A stretch of 64,000 bases of DNA from a virus (Duplodnaviria > Caudoviricetes). This document shows positions 46,896 through 56,899 of this stretch, piece by piece. The notes below the pieces were generated by a model. That model ran no database searches and was not told the origin of the DNA. It worked only from the letters and a program-made list of their open reading frames with translations. Position 1 is the stretch's first letter; every line of letters starts with the position of its first letter. The stretch lies in IMG/VR virus record IMGVR_UViG_3300032218_004357, positions 1-64,000 of that record. One strand, written 5' to 3'. Position numbers and translations under genes: made by a program.

Positions 46896-47107
46896 GCGTT
46901 TTTGTCAAGCGGTTGCTGGAGCGATCGGTGCGAGCGTTCGTCGCGGCGGCCACTGCCGCGGTGGCGGCGGGCATCGCGTCGAGCAACCTCTCGATGCCGA
47001 GCATCAAGGCGGTCCTCATCGGTGCGGGCGCTGCGGGCGTCTCGGCCGTGATGACGGTTCTCTCGCAGTACACGGGCGACCCGAAGAGCGGTTCGTTCGT
47101 CGAGTAG
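46892..47107 (+). CDS. Holin (actinophage r1t-like, two hydrophobic segments)
   Basis: RLLERSVRAFVAAATA...AGAAGVSAVMTV...GDPKSGSFV. Confidence 0.8.
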   Translation: MSVFVKRLLERSVRAFVAAATAAVAAGIASSNLSMPSIKAVLIGAGAAGVSAVMTVLSQYTGDPKSGSFVE

Positions 47108-47155
47108 TCCGAGGTGGCGGTCCGGGGGTGCGCGACATGAAACGCCGCCCTCGGA
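47108..47155 (+). terminator. GC-rich stem-loop immediately after the holin gene (possible terminator)
   Basis: TCCGAGG/CCTCGGA plus TGGCG/CGCCG pairing, followed by a short TTT run. Confidence 0.4.
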
Positions 47156-47291
47156 TTTGCCTACTTGAACTGTTCAACAACCCCTGAACACCTACGTCAT
47201 GCGCTAGTATCTACAGGGATCGTTACCTCGGTAACGTCATTTCGCAGTACCATTCGAACACACATTCACCCCGTCGAGGGAGCGCTGCCTC

Positions 47292-47687
47292 ATGTCCATC
47301 TCGAACTACCTCGAGGCGAAGATCCTCGACCACGTTCTCCGCAACACCTCGTACACGCCCGCCAGCACCGTGTACCTCGCTCTCCACACCACGGACCCCG
47401 GCGAGACGGGCACGGGTGCTGAGGTGACCGGCGGTTCGGGCCCCTACGCCCGGAAGTCGATCACCTTCGCCGCGGCCTCGGGTGGCTCGATCGCGATGGA
47501 CACGGTCTCGGCCCACCCGTCGGGCATCGACTTCTCCGGCATGCCGGGCTGCACGGTCACCCACGTCGCCCTCTGGGACGCCCTGTCGAGCGGCAACTGC
47601 CTGTGGTCCGGCGCGCTCACCTCGAGCCGCACGGTCACCGCCGGAGACACGCTGCGCATCACCAGCCTCACCGTCACGCTGGACTGA
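47292..47687 (+). CDS. Virion structural protein of the SNYLE...YAR type
   Basis: SNYLEAKILDHVLR...LALHTTDP...YARKSI...VTHVALWDA pattern; SD GAGGGAG. Confidence 0.7.
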   Translation: MSISNYLEAKILDHVLRNTSYTPASTVYLALHTTDPGETGTGAEVTGGSGPYARKSITFAAASGGSIAMDTVSAHPSGIDFSGMPGCTVTHVALWDALSSGNCLWSGALTSSRTVTAGDTLRITSLTVTLD

Positions 47688-47691
47688 TCCC

Positions 47692-48417
47692 ATGCCGCTC
47701 TTCAGCGGATACCTGCCGTGGACGGGGTTCGGTACGAGCGAGTTCCCGTACCAGAACTACCCGCTCCAGATCGCGTTGCAAGCGCGCGCCAACATGGTGC
47801 TCAACGGGTACTCGTGCTTCGACGCCACGACGGGCGTCCTCATTGCCGATCGCCCGGCGATCGACACTCGCTGGAACGAGATATTCAACGGGTGTACGCG
47901 GCTCGTCGAGGTCGGATCTGGCGTGCTCTGCGAGTTCTCCATGTCGCAGGAGACCTACGACTACCTCGCCTCATCCTTCGTCGGGTACGGAGGACAGGAC
48001 ACGTCGAAGCGATCGTGGCGCTGTGAAGGATCGCTCGACGCATACCTCGCGTACATCGTCAGCGAACGACACGCGTACGTCGAGCGATTCCGTGAGGCCT
48101 ACCCGCTGCTGAACTGGACGGGCAATGCCGTCGGCTCGGCGTTCGAAGTCCTCGATGAACTGCGACTCGGCGACACCATCGAGCAAGACCTCTGGGCTTA
48201 CTACCGACAGGTCTTCACTCCGGCGCTCCCAACCGACGAGCAACCGGCGCTCCTCTTCGAGCGCGATGGCATTCGCGCCGTCGCTGCGAAGATCGATCGG
48301 TGCCTCGAGTTCGCAACCGCTTCCGACGACCTGACGAATCCGATTCGTCGGTCGGAACTCTGCTACTGGCTCATCGTCTACACGGAGTGTCTGAACGCAA
48401 CCGGCTTCGAACTGTAG
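47692..48417 (+). CDS. Hypothetical protein (241 aa)
   Basis: ATG 4 nt after the upstream stop; normal composition. Confidence 0.7.
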   Translation: MPLFSGYLPWTGFGTSEFPYQNYPLQIALQARANMVLNGYSCFDATTGVLIADRPAIDTRWNEIFNGCTRLVEVGSGVLCEFSMSQETYDYLASSFVGYGGQDTSKRSWRCEGSLDAYLAYIVSERHAYVERFREAYPLLNWTGNAVGSAFEVLDELRLGDTIEQDLWAYYRQVFTPALPTDEQPALLFERDGIRAVAAKIDRCLEFATASDDLTNPIRRSELCYWLIVYTECLNATGFEL

Positions 48418-48423
48418 GGCCTG

Positions 48424-51378
48424 ATGACAAAACGCACCGCGTCATTCACCGGCTCCGATGGGGCCACGTGGCCTGCAGTCACCAAAGCAAGCGGTGGCAC
48501 CGATTCTTGGACCGCATCGTATTGGGGTTCGACGCCAGCATTGAGCGTCGTTGAAAGCCTCGTCACGGCGATCAGCACGAACCGCACCGCGTTCGGACTC
48601 GGCATCAACACGATTCCGTCCGTCTATGGCAACGGCGTGTTCGACTCGGGTACCGACGCGGCGACGTTCAACGTGCCGACGGCCGCTGGTGCGACGTTGC
48701 CGAACTACCTCACGGTACCCATCGGACCAGCGATTCTCTTCGTGATGAGCGCGCACATCGCGCAGCACTACCATGAAATCGACATCGTCAACTGTACGAA
48801 CCAGTTTCGATACCCCTATTCGGGGAAGACGCTGACGTACACGCGTTTTGCCGACTACGGATGGACAGCGACAATCAGCACCGTCTTGACGTACTTTCGT
48901 ATGACGGCATGGATCGTCTCGAACGGCGATACGACTCGAGCGGCCGGACGCGTGCGCGTGAACGCGTGTTCGTCGCCGGGCCGCAGCGCGTACACGACAA
49001 CAAGCGGCAATGCAGGCGCCACGACCACGGCGCCGCTGAACTCGACGCTCACCGTTCAAACGTGGCACGGGCACGTCGTGGGCATCTACGGCGCCGACGA
49101 TGGAGGGACTGGAAACTGGGAAGCCGGTATCCGTACCGCCAATATGGCGACCACCACCGATACCACGGCGACAGCCACTGTGACGTTGCCGTCGACGCTC
49201 ACCAAGTCGAACAACCGGGTACTCGGTTTCTTTGGTCGCGCCGCCAGCACGACAAGCGTCGTCGCAGCCGCCGGACCAACGGGCGGCAACTCCACCGTAC
49301 TCTCCATCGCGAACAATTCGAGCCCGAACTCCACCAGTGCGGCCGTACTCGGCGCTATCGGATCAACGACTGATGGCACGGCGCGAAAAGCGCAGAAGTC
49401 CGCTGCCGTCACCATTGGCTCGTCTGGCACGCAGTTCTACGGATTCGGCGTTGAGATCGTTGACTCATCAACGGCGCAGGGCGATACGTTTCCTAGTAAC
49501 GCCAACTCTTACATTGCGCTTGGTCTTCTGCCAGCAAACAACGCAACGCATAGCGACGGCACGACGTCGCGCAACGTCGAGGTAACCGTCACTGCCTCAT
49601 CGGCATCAGCGTATCGATACGGGCTCGTTACTCGATACTGCACGCATATCGACGGCAAGAAGTACGGCATCCATTTCTCGAACCTCGACGCCTCGGGTAC
49701 TTCTGGATCCGGGCACTACGCGCTGCGTGCGTCCTACCTGATCGACGGTGCGGGCGAGACGACGATGGCGTACTACGACATCGGCACCGTTGCTCCCGGT
49801 ACGTTCCGCAACATTGCGTGTCGCGCCGTCCAGTCGGCTGGCGGCGGGATCTGGTTGACGATGAAGGCGTGGATCGACGGTGTTTCGGAACCGGCGTGGC
49901 CCACCTCCGAGTCGACGGTTAGTTCGAAAGATACGAGTAACAGCGCGGCTCAGTGGGCGATCCTCAACGCGGTCGACAACGGATCGGTCGCCCAGATCAT
50001 CGCCGGGTACGCCGGACAGGTCGGCATCTGGGGCACCGTCACGCCCGCAGATTCGTTGAACACACCCGTTGTGACCGGCGCGCAGTCCATCAACGCGATG
50101 ACTGACCTGTCGATCGCAACCGGCAGCGCGACGATCACCGGATCCGGCGGCGCATCGGTGCCGACCGACAAGATCTACGGGATCCTGCGCGAGTCGGTGA
50201 CGCTCTCAAGCACAACGAGCGAGATCGCCGTCGGCGTCATCGTGCGCGAAGTCGCGTCGGTCACCCTCGACTCGAGCGCAGGCACGCTCACCGCTGCGTC
50301 GACACCAGTGCTCGTGGCGTCGCCCACGATCACGGCATCGAGCACGCTCACCGCTGGCACCCTCATCGTCGGGCGGACGACGAGCACGCTCACGGGCACC
50401 GCCGACCTCGAGGCGTCAGCGATCGTCGTTGCACCTGCTGTCGGCACGTTGAGCGGATCGTCGACGTTCGAGAACGTGGCCTCGATCGGCGTGCTGCCGA
50501 CGACGGCAAGCCTGTCGGGTAGCACGAACGATGATGGCGTCGTAGCGGTCGAGGTTCTTCCGGCGACGGCGAGCCTGTCGGGGGCGAGCGACCTGACGGC
50601 GGAGTCGATCATCGCGAGCCTGCAGGTCGCCCTATCGGCGACGAGCACCCTGTCGGCCAGTGGGCGCACGCTGATCGTTGTGTCGGCCGGGTTGGCGGCA
50701 ACGTCGAGTTTGTCGGCGATCGGAGAGACGGGATCGACAACCACCCTTTCGGGGGCAACCGGCGCGTTGACGGCGACGGCTGATCGGGTGCTCGTGGCGA
50801 CGGCGAGCCTGTCGGGGTCGAGCAGCGCGACGGTAGCGACGGACAGCGTGCTCGTGACCGAGGCAACGGCGAACGGTACGAGTGGCGGGAGTAGCGCGTC
50901 GCTCCACCTGAACGTGGTGACGGCCTCGAGCACAGGTGCCGGTGTGCTGGTCGGCGATGCGACGCACATCAACGTCACGCAGGGTGCGGCGACCGGTGCC
51001 GGATCGTTGACCTGCGATGCCACGCACATCAACGTGGTGCAGGTCACGTGCGCCGGACAGGGGAACGTCGACGTCAACGTGACCGTGGAGATGTTCGCTG
51101 AGTCTGTACTGCAGGGAGTCTCGACGCTCGCGATTGCTACGCAGGGAGTGCTCTACGAGACGCCGTCGCTTGCGGCGATCGGGCAGATGGTCGTCGAAGG
51201 CCGGTGGGTTCACTTCATTCCGGACACGCTGCGGGAGACGTACAGCCTGAAGATCGGGAACTCGGTGGCGTCGACGACGATCCCGCCACTTCAGCGAGCG
51301 CAACGCAACGTGGAGATGTACGTGTCCACCCGCAAAGCGATTGTCGGTAGTTACACTACAATTGCTCTTGACGAGTAG
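48424..51378 (+). CDS. Large T/S/A/G-rich virion protein with C-terminal repeats (984 aa)
   Basis: Beta-rich N-terminal domains, then many ASLSG...L-A repeats. Confidence 0.7.
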   Translation: MTKRTASFTGSDGATWPAVTKASGGTDSWTASYWGSTPALSVVESLVTAISTNRTAFGLGINTIPSVYGNGVFDSGTDAATFNVPTAAGATLPNYLTVPIGPAILFVMSAHIAQHYHEIDIVNCTNQFRYPYSGKTLTYTRFADYGWTATISTVLTYFRMTAWIVSNGDTTRAAGRVRVNACSSPGRSAYTTTSGNAGATTTAPLNSTLTVQTWHGHVVGIYGADDGGTGNWEAGIRTANMATTTDTTATATVTLPSTLTKSNNRVLGFFGRAASTTSVVAAAGPTGGNSTVLSIANNSSPNSTSAAVLGAIGSTTDGTARKAQKSAAVTIGSSGTQFYGFGVEIVDSSTAQGDTFPSNANSYIALGLLPANNATHSDGTTSRNVEVTVTASSASAYRYGLVTRYCTHIDGKKYGIHFSNLDASGTSGSGHYALRASYLIDGAGETTMAYYDIGTVAPGTFRNIACRAVQSAGGGIWLTMKAWIDGVSEPAWPTSESTVSSKDTSNSAAQWAILNAVDNGSVAQIIAGYAGQVGIWGTVTPADSLNTPVVTGAQSINAMTDLSIATGSATITGSGGASVPTDKIYGILRESVTLSSTTSEIAVGVIVREVASVTLDSSAGTLTAASTPVLVASPTITASSTLTAGTLIVGRTTSTLTGTADLEASAIVVAPAVGTLSGSSTFENVASIGVLPTTASLSGSTNDDGVVAVEVLPATASLSGASDLTAESIIASLQVALSATSTLSASGRTLIVVSAGLAATSSLSAIGETGSTTTLSGATGALTATADRVLVATASLSGSSSATVATDSVLVTEATANGTSGGSSASLHLNVVTASSTGAGVLVGDATHINVTQGAATGAGSLTCDATHINVVQVTCAGQGNVDVNVTVEMFAESVLQGVSTLAIATQGVLYETPSLAAIGQMVVEGRWVHFIPDTLRETYSLKIGNSVASTTIPPLQRAQRNVEMYVSTRKAIVGSYTTIALDE

Positions 51379-51401
51379 TTGGTGCGTGGAGGCGCCTCGG
51401 T

Positions 51402-51749
51402 ATGGCTGGAACTAAATGGTATGCCAAGCAGGGCGACCAGTACGGGTACATCACCGAGCAGTTGCTCGACGAGAACCTCGACCCCGTCGACCTCACCGCG
51501 GTGATGTCCGTGACGTTCGAGATGCAGACGCCCGGCTCAAGCCTGCCGACGGTCTCTGACAGCCAGAACTGCGAAGTGCTCGGCGATCCCCTCAACGGGA
51601 TCGTGCGGTACCAGTGGCAACCGGGGGACCTCGACGCCCACGGCCAGTACTTCTTCGAGTGGCGGGTCTGGTTCTCGACCGATCGGGTCCAGACGTTCCC
51701 ATCGAACGGCTACAACTTCATCGAAGTGCTCCGTAAACTCAACGATTGA
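51402..51749 (+). CDS. BppU N-terminal-like (baseplate upper) domain protein
   Basis: VDLT...VTFEM...GIVRYQW...DL...GQY..EW.V...QTFPSNGY; SD GGAGG. Confidence 0.7.
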   Translation: MAGTKWYAKQGDQYGYITEQLLDENLDPVDLTAVMSVTFEMQTPGSSLPTVSDSQNCEVLGDPLNGIVRYQWQPGDLDAHGQYFFEWRVWFSTDRVQTFPSNGYNFIEVLRKLND

Positions 51750-51790
51750 CCACTGCCGAACTAGGCTGCCATCCCAAGGAGGGATATCGC

Positions 51791-52009
51791 ATGAAATGGT
51801 TGGATCGATTCCGTAGCCCCCAGCGGGTTGAGGTGTACGAGGATGCCGAAGGCCGCTGGCGTTGGCGTGCTATCGCCCGGAACAGTCGGGTGGTCGGCGC
51901 CGCCGAGCAGGGCTACGCGTCCAAGTACTACGCGTCGACGAAGGCCAAGCAGTACGCCGAGGTGCTCGGCTGCGAGGTCGTCGTGATCCAGTCCACGGAC
52001 GAGGCGTAG
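51791..52009 (+). CDS. DUF1508/YegP-like small protein
   Basis: EVYEDAEGRWRWRAIARNSRVVG..EQGY. Confidence 0.75.
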   Translation: MKWLDRFRSPQRVEVYEDAEGRWRWRAIARNSRVVGAAEQGYASKYYASTKAKQYAEVLGCEVVVIQSTDEA

Positions 52010-52031
52010 TGCGCCGCCCGGGAGGGCGGTC

Positions 52032-52379
52032 GTGAACGCTGGGGACCAGCAGCCGGACGCGCTGCGCTGGCACGATGACGAGCATCGGCTCTGGCTCCAA
52101 CTCGTCCGGTCGGACCTCGTCATCGCCACGACCCTGTGCCCCCACAACGGGGATCCCGAGGCTCCGTGCCGGAGCCGTCAGGCGGCGTGCATCGTCCAGC
52201 ACTTCATCGAGCGGTTCGGCCTCGACTGCAACGTCGGAGTCTGCGCGCCCGCCGAGTACCTCGATATCGCTTGGGCGGTGGTCGGCGACAAGGACGACCT
52301 CGACCTTGCGCAGGTCTGGGTCATTCCGACGTCCGACGACGTATTCGCCGCGTGGCGGGCTACGCAGGATTCTGCGTGA
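52032..52379 (+). CDS. Hypothetical protein with several Cys
   Basis: SD GGAGG before GTG. Confidence 0.65.
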   Translation: MNAGDQQPDALRWHDDEHRLWLQLVRSDLVIATTLCPHNGDPEAPCRSRQAACIVQHFIERFGLDCNVGVCAPAEYLDIAWAVVGDKDDLDLAQVWVIPTSDDVFAAWRATQDSA

Positions 52380-52632
52380 GTTCCGCTGCGGTCCGGTGAA
52401 GCAGGATCATCAACTCGGTCTGAGTCTGTACGCCAACCTTGACGTACATGAATGAGAGCCGGTTTCGGATGGTGCCCCTTGCGAGGTACAGCGCTTCGGC
52501 CATCGTGGCGACCCGGTGGCCGGTGGCGAGCATGTGGAGCATCTCGATTTCGGTCTCGATGAGTTCGTAGCGGCTGCCGATGATGTCGGCGGCCTCGCAC
52601 GTGTTGCGTGCGACGTCGATGACGTTCGTCAT
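52360..52632 (-). CDS. LuxR-type HTH transcriptional regulator
   Basis: ETEIEMLHMLATGHRVATMAEALYLARGTIRNRLSFMYVKVGV. Confidence 0.85.
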   Translation of the reverse strand: MTNVIDVARNTCEAADIIGSRYELIETEIEMLHMLATGHRVATMAEALYLARGTIRNRLSFMYVKVGVQTQTELMILLHRTAAELTQNPA

Positions 52633-52715
52633 GGCTTGAGTCCTCCCGTTGTTGAGCGCAAGTGCGCTCTGCCCGGTGCGTTCACTGCCGAACGTGTCAA
52701 GGATATCGCGAGTTC

Positions 52716-53108
52716 CTAGTGGGCGGCAAGAGCCAAAGCCCGAAGAAACGCAACGCTATCGCGATGTGAGAGGACTCGCTGAAGGTCAAACGTGTAGGTG
52801 TTTTGACGCCCAACACGTGTCCTTACCCCCCATTCTGCCCCTACCAGACGCGTCATTGCGTGTCCGACGTTCGCAGAAGTCAGCCCCAGCCGGTCCGCCG
52901 CCTGCTGGAGGCTCGTGTCCGGGTGGGTCATCAGGTCGACGAGCACTCGTCCGTTGAGCGTCAGGAGCGACGGCTCGGGAGCACGCTCCTCGCGAGCGTT
53001 GAGCGCCGCGATGACCTGATCGGCGAGTGCCTCTGTGTCCGCATCGTTGACGACCGTCGCGAGCGCTGCTGCAATCGCAGGGCGAAGTTCCGCATCGCTG
53101 ATCCTCAT
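52716..53108 (-). CDS. Winged-HTH (MarR-like) protein
   Basis: SLQQAADRLGLTSANVGHAMTRLV...GRQNTY; SD GGAGG. Confidence 0.7.
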   Translation of the reverse strand: MRISDAELRPAIAAALATVVNDADTEALADQVIAALNAREERAPEPSLLTLNGRVLVDLMTHPDTSLQQAADRLGLTSANVGHAMTRLVGAEWGVRTRVGRQNTYTFDLQRVLSHRDSVAFLRALALAAH

Positions 53109-53211
53109 GTTTCCTCCATTGCTGTCGTCAGTTGCTCGACGCGAGTGCTCTGATGAGGCAAACTGTATGGACGTCATTCGGTAAGAGCAAGCGTTCGACA
53201 ATGGAGGCAAC

Positions 53212-53433
53212 GTGACGTCTCGACGTGAAGTCGCCTCTCTCATTGCCGGACCCGTCGTTCTCCTCGTGGTGACGATCGGTTACAACACCGTCGCAACGAA
53301 AAAGAAAGTGCCAACAATCTCCACTGGTATTCGGTGGGCAGCACGTGATCCATTCGGAGCGTGGGTTGCCGGTGGCGTCATCGGTGGGCTACTCGCCCAC
53401 TGGTTCCTCACACAGGAGAGCGAGAGTACGTGA
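53212..53433 (+). CDS. Small membrane protein
   Basis: Two hydrophobic segments; SD GGAGG. Confidence 0.6.
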   Translation: MTSRREVASLIAGPVVLLVVTIGYNTVATKKKVPTISTGIRWAARDPFGAWVAGGVIGGLLAHWFLTQESEST

Positions 53434-53681
53434 GTTTCTCGGACCGCCTAGCGGAATCTCAAAGCCTGCGGGAAAACACCCGAGGTTGCCCAATGGCTCG
53501 CATCCTCGAGAGCATGGATGAGGCCGACCGCACCGCTTGCGAGGCTGCGCTCGCCGACCACAAGTTCTCGATCCTCCAGATCGTCGGAGTCCTGCGCGCC
53601 GAAGGGTACCGGATCAGCCGGACGAGCGTCTCCGACCATCGCGCTGATCGCTGCCTCTGCAAGGTCGAGGCCGAGCAGTGA
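53430..53681 (+). CDS. Small Cys-containing protein (HRADRCLC)
   Basis: Overlap-coupled on both sides. Confidence 0.65.
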   Translation: MSFSDRLAESQSLRENTRGCPMARILESMDEADRTACEAALADHKFSILQIVGVLRAEGYRISRTSVSDHRADRCLCKVEAEQ

Positions 53682-54895
53682 GCATCGAGGAACGGCTCCT
53701 CGGCCTCCAGTCGGACACCACCGAGGACTACCGGACCTCTGAGCCGCCGAAAGGCTGGCAGCCGGGCGTCATCTGGGATGGCACGACCGGCACGATCACG
53801 ACCGGCACCCTCACCGAACCGCCGACCGACTGGAGTCCGCTCCTCAAGGCTCGCGGCATGGACCCCGACGTCTACGAAGTCGTGGGCGACACGATCAAGT
53901 GGTGCTCGTACGACGGGTGGAAGCGCGACAACCCTGACGAGGCGGCGTACTCGTCGGTGTGCTACTCGTACCGGGCTGAACTCCGGCTGAAGCGCCCGGA
54001 TGCTCCGGACCTCGAGGCCCTCCACGCTGAAGTCCGTAAGATCAAACCGCCGAAGAAGGATCCGGTCGGGAGCGTCGACCAGCACCTCGTCGTTCTCCTC
54101 TCCGACTGGCAGGTCGGCAACGGCGACGCCGGAGGAGCCCGAGCGCAACTCGAGAAGATCGCAGCACTTCCCGACCAACTCGTTGCCCACATCAAGGGAC
54201 TCCGCAAGGGCGGTCGCGATATCGGTCACGTTGTCATCGCTGGGATGGGCGACCTCGTCGAGAACACCTGCGGGTTCTACCCGTCGCAGCCGTTCCTCAC
54301 CGAACTCGACCGGCGAGAACAAGCCCGCGTCGTACGTCGCGGCGTCCTCGACATCCTGCGCGCTATCGCTCCCCACGTTCCCCGGATCACCGTCACCGCC
54401 ATCGCCGGGAACCACGGCGAGAACCGGCAGAACGGAAAGCGGATCACCGGGTTCGGCGACAACGACGACGTCGCCGCATTCGAACAGGTCATGGAGATCT
54501 GCCAAGAGAACCCCGACGTGTTCGGACACATCGGATGGCGGCTCCCCACCGACCGGATCGCCACGAGCATCGACCTGTCCGGGCACATCGTCGCGTTCAC
54601 CCACGGGCACCTCGCCAAGCCCGCCGGGAACCCGGCCAACACGCTCTGGAACTGGTGGGAGAAACAAGCGATGGGCCGCGAGTATCCGGGCGTCGCCGAC
54701 GCCGGGATCCTCTGCTCCGGGCACTACCACCACCTCAACGTCCGAGCCCAGTCGAACCGGGTGCTGTTCATCGCCCCCAGCCTCACGAAGGTCGGAGACT
54801 GGTGGGCCAATGCGACAGGAATGCGAACCGACCCGGGCACCCTCACGTTCTGTGTTGACCCCGCAGGCTGGAGCGCACTGGAGATCCTCCGATGA
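53678..54895 (+). CDS. Calcineurin-like metallophosphoesterase
   Basis: SDWQVG, GDLVE, GNHG, THGH and GHYH motifs. Confidence 0.88.
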   Translation: MSIEERLLGLQSDTTEDYRTSEPPKGWQPGVIWDGTTGTITTGTLTEPPTDWSPLLKARGMDPDVYEVVGDTIKWCSYDGWKRDNPDEAAYSSVCYSYRAELRLKRPDAPDLEALHAEVRKIKPPKKDPVGSVDQHLVVLLSDWQVGNGDAGGARAQLEKIAALPDQLVAHIKGLRKGGRDIGHVVIAGMGDLVENTCGFYPSQPFLTELDRREQARVVRRGVLDILRAIAPHVPRITVTAIAGNHGENRQNGKRITGFGDNDDVAAFEQVMEICQENPDVFGHIGWRLPTDRIATSIDLSGHIVAFTHGHLAKPAGNPANTLWNWWEKQAMGREYPGVADAGILCSGHYHHLNVRAQSNRVLFIAPSLTKVGDWWANATGMRTDPGTLTFCVDPAGWSALEILR

Positions 54896-55188
54896 ACCCC
54901 TTCCGACGCCGATCAAACAAAACAGAGCAGATCGAAGACAAAGCGATCAGCCACCTCGTAGCCCGCCACCCACGCGACTACGTCACCCAATGCGCCACCA
55001 GCATCCAAGCGATCCCCAATGGCGGGTCCATTATCCCGTGGCGCTACCGTCGCCAACTCAACGTCGCCCTCGCCACCGCAGAAAACCAATTCGTCGCAAC
55101 CCACATCGACGAATACATCGAAATCGTCAGCATGCTCGCCGCCGCCGAAGACCTCGCCCACCTCACCCCCGAGGACTTCCACCCATGA
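54892..55188 (+). CDS. Hypothetical protein
   Basis: ATGA overlap with the upstream gene. Confidence 0.6.
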   Translation: MNPFRRRSNKTEQIEDKAISHLVARHPRDYVTQCATSIQAIPNGGSIIPWRYRRQLNVALATAENQFVATHIDEYIEIVSMLAAAEDLAHLTPEDFHP

Positions 55189-55337
55189 GCCCCTGCCGAA
55201 CCCTCCACAACCTCACCCGCATCGGGCACGCCCTCACCACGTTCACCCACCACCTCGCCCGGCAATGGGTCACCGACCACACCACCCTCCTCCACCACCA
55301 ACCCCCCTCGTTCCTCGGAGGCCGGACATGGCGGTAA
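55185..55337 (+). CDS. Possible 50-aa protein (MSPCRTLHNL...)
   Basis: ATGA overlap; fills the gap. Confidence 0.35.
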   Translation: MSPCRTLHNLTRIGHALTTFTHHLARQWVTDHTTLLHHQPPSFLGGRTWR

Positions 55338-55738
55338 ACCCCACCACCAAGCGCGGACACTCCTCCCAACGAACCAACCCCACCAGCACAGACCGTCTTA
55401 CGAAGACGGAACGCCTAGGGATGGTGAAAGAACCCGTAGAGGACAGAACACACCCCGAACATCCCTACACACCTCACCAGATCCTCTGGGACCGCTGGAC
55501 CAACACCCACCACATTCCGATCCTCGAAATCCACTGGCTCGACGCCATCAGCACCGGAGACGACTGGATCACCGAACACCACATCGACACCCGCCCAGCC
55601 CCCAGCATCGCCCTCGGCTACCTCACCGCCCAAACCGAACACACCATCACCATCACCGCACTCATCAACGAAGAACACTACGCAAACGGCATCACCATCC
55701 CCAAAGGCTGCATCATCCACACCCGGACCATCAACTAA
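55328..55738 (+). CDS. Hypothetical phage protein (start may be 55421)
   Basis: LEIHWLDA...W...ALGYL...ITIPKGCI pattern; stop overlaps the WhiB start. Confidence 0.6.
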   Translation: MAVNPTTKRGHSSQRTNPTSTDRLTKTERLGMVKEPVEDRTHPEHPYTPHQILWDRWTNTHHIPILEIHWLDAISTGDDWITEHHIDTRPAPSIALGYLTAQTEHTITITALINEEHYANGITIPKGCIIHTRTIN

Positions 55739-56055
55739 TGCCCAACACAGACCACACCCCCAACACCGATACGCAAGCCAACAACTGGATGCAACACGCC
55801 AACTGCAAAAACCAAACCCACCACATGTTCCCCCAACACCACAAAGACGCCAACTACATCGAACACGCCCGACACCTCTGCAACAACTGCCCAGTCAACG
55901 AACCCTGCCTCAACTACGCCCTCGAATTCCCACCCGCCGACATGCACGGCGTCTGGGCAGGACTCACCCCCCGCCAGTTAGCAGCCGAACAACGAGCCCG
56001 CGGCATCCGAGCCATCCGACCGACCTTGGCCGCAATGTGGGGCGACAACCAGTAG
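55738..56055 (+). CDS. whiB: WhiB-family transcription factor
   Basis: Four Cys (ANC...LCNNCP...C) and GVWAG. Confidence 0.88.
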   Translation: MPNTDHTPNTDTQANNWMQHANCKNQTHHMFPQHHKDANYIEHARHLCNNCPVNEPCLNYALEFPPADMHGVWAGLTPRQLAAEQRARGIRAIRPTLAAMWGDNQ

Positions 56056-56072
56056 ACGACCTTGCGGCCGAA

Positions 56073-56522
56073 ATGGAAGTGGCTCGCAAGGTGGCGATGG
56101 GTCAAGCGAAACGGTGGGGACTTTACGGGCATGCCCTTGACGATTTGTTGGGTGATGCGTATCTCGCTGCGGTGATCTTGTGTCGGGAGTGGGATTCCGG
56201 GAAGGGTGTGCCGAGGGTTGTGTATGTGGGGAAGTATTGCGAGCGGCGGACCATTGACCTTCATCGGGAACGGTACGGTCGGAAGCCGGGTCCTGTTGAG
56301 GTGCCGTTTGATGAGGAATGGGACTCGCCGGATGTGGGGGCGGAACTGTCTGAGTTTGCGGTGGTGATGGCTCGTATCCCTGAGGGCCGGGAACGGTATG
56401 TGGTGTGCCGGTTGTTGGAGGGGGCGTTTCAGCGTGAGATTGCTGTGGAGTTGGGAATCTCGAAGACCAGAGTGAGACAGTTGATTGAACGGGTCGGGAA
56501 GTGGTGTGAGGTGGAGTTCTGA
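56073..56522 (+). CDS. Sigma-70-like (ECF-type) factor
   Basis: Region-2-like DDLLGDAYLA...WDSGKG and region-4 HTH QREIAVELGISKTRVRQL. Confidence 0.7.
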   Translation: MEVARKVAMGQAKRWGLYGHALDDLLGDAYLAAVILCREWDSGKGVPRVVYVGKYCERRTIDLHRERYGRKPGPVEVPFDEEWDSPDVGAELSEFAVVMARIPEGRERYVVCRLLEGAFQREIAVELGISKTRVRQLIERVGKWCEVEF

Positions 56523-56899
56523 TGGTGCAGCAGGACATGGGGATGAATGCTGGGGCGTCGAGTATTAGGGCGGGGAGTACGGTTCGGGTGGATCGGAGTG
56601 TGCCGTGGGATGGGCCGGGGGAGTGGGCGTCTCGACGGATTGCGCATCTTGAGGGTGCGTTGAGGTTGTTGGATCGTTTGGTGTGGGGGGATGTGATGGT
56701 GGAGCGGGATGATTTGAGCGCGGAGGAGCGGGTGGCGTTGTTGCGTGCGTGGTCGGCTCGGATGATTGGGCCGATCGGGGTGGCGGCTGGGCCGTGTTCG
56801 CCGGATGCGTTGCGGATGCTCGGCGAGTTGTTGGTGGCGCAGGGCCGGTGGTCAGCCGAGGCGGATGCCGCACTCGTGGCACCAGAGGAGCCCGTGTAG
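56522..56899 (+). CDS. Hypothetical protein
   Basis: Start abuts the upstream stop; G/T-rich codons. Confidence 0.5.
   Translation: MVQQDMGMNAGASSIRAGSTVRVDRSVPWDGPGEWASRRIAHLEGALRLLDRLVWGDVMVERDDLSAEERVALLRAWSARMIGPIGVAAGPCSPDALRMLGELLVAQGRWSAEADAALVAPEEPV

Noticed and set aside
52695-52700. TTGACA on the minus strand upstream of the LuxR-type gene
   Set aside because: No acceptable -10 hexamer at 16-18 bp spacing.
53678-54895. Metallophosphoesterase as an anti-defence nuclease
   Set aside because: A common phage family; nothing in the sequence points to a specific substrate.
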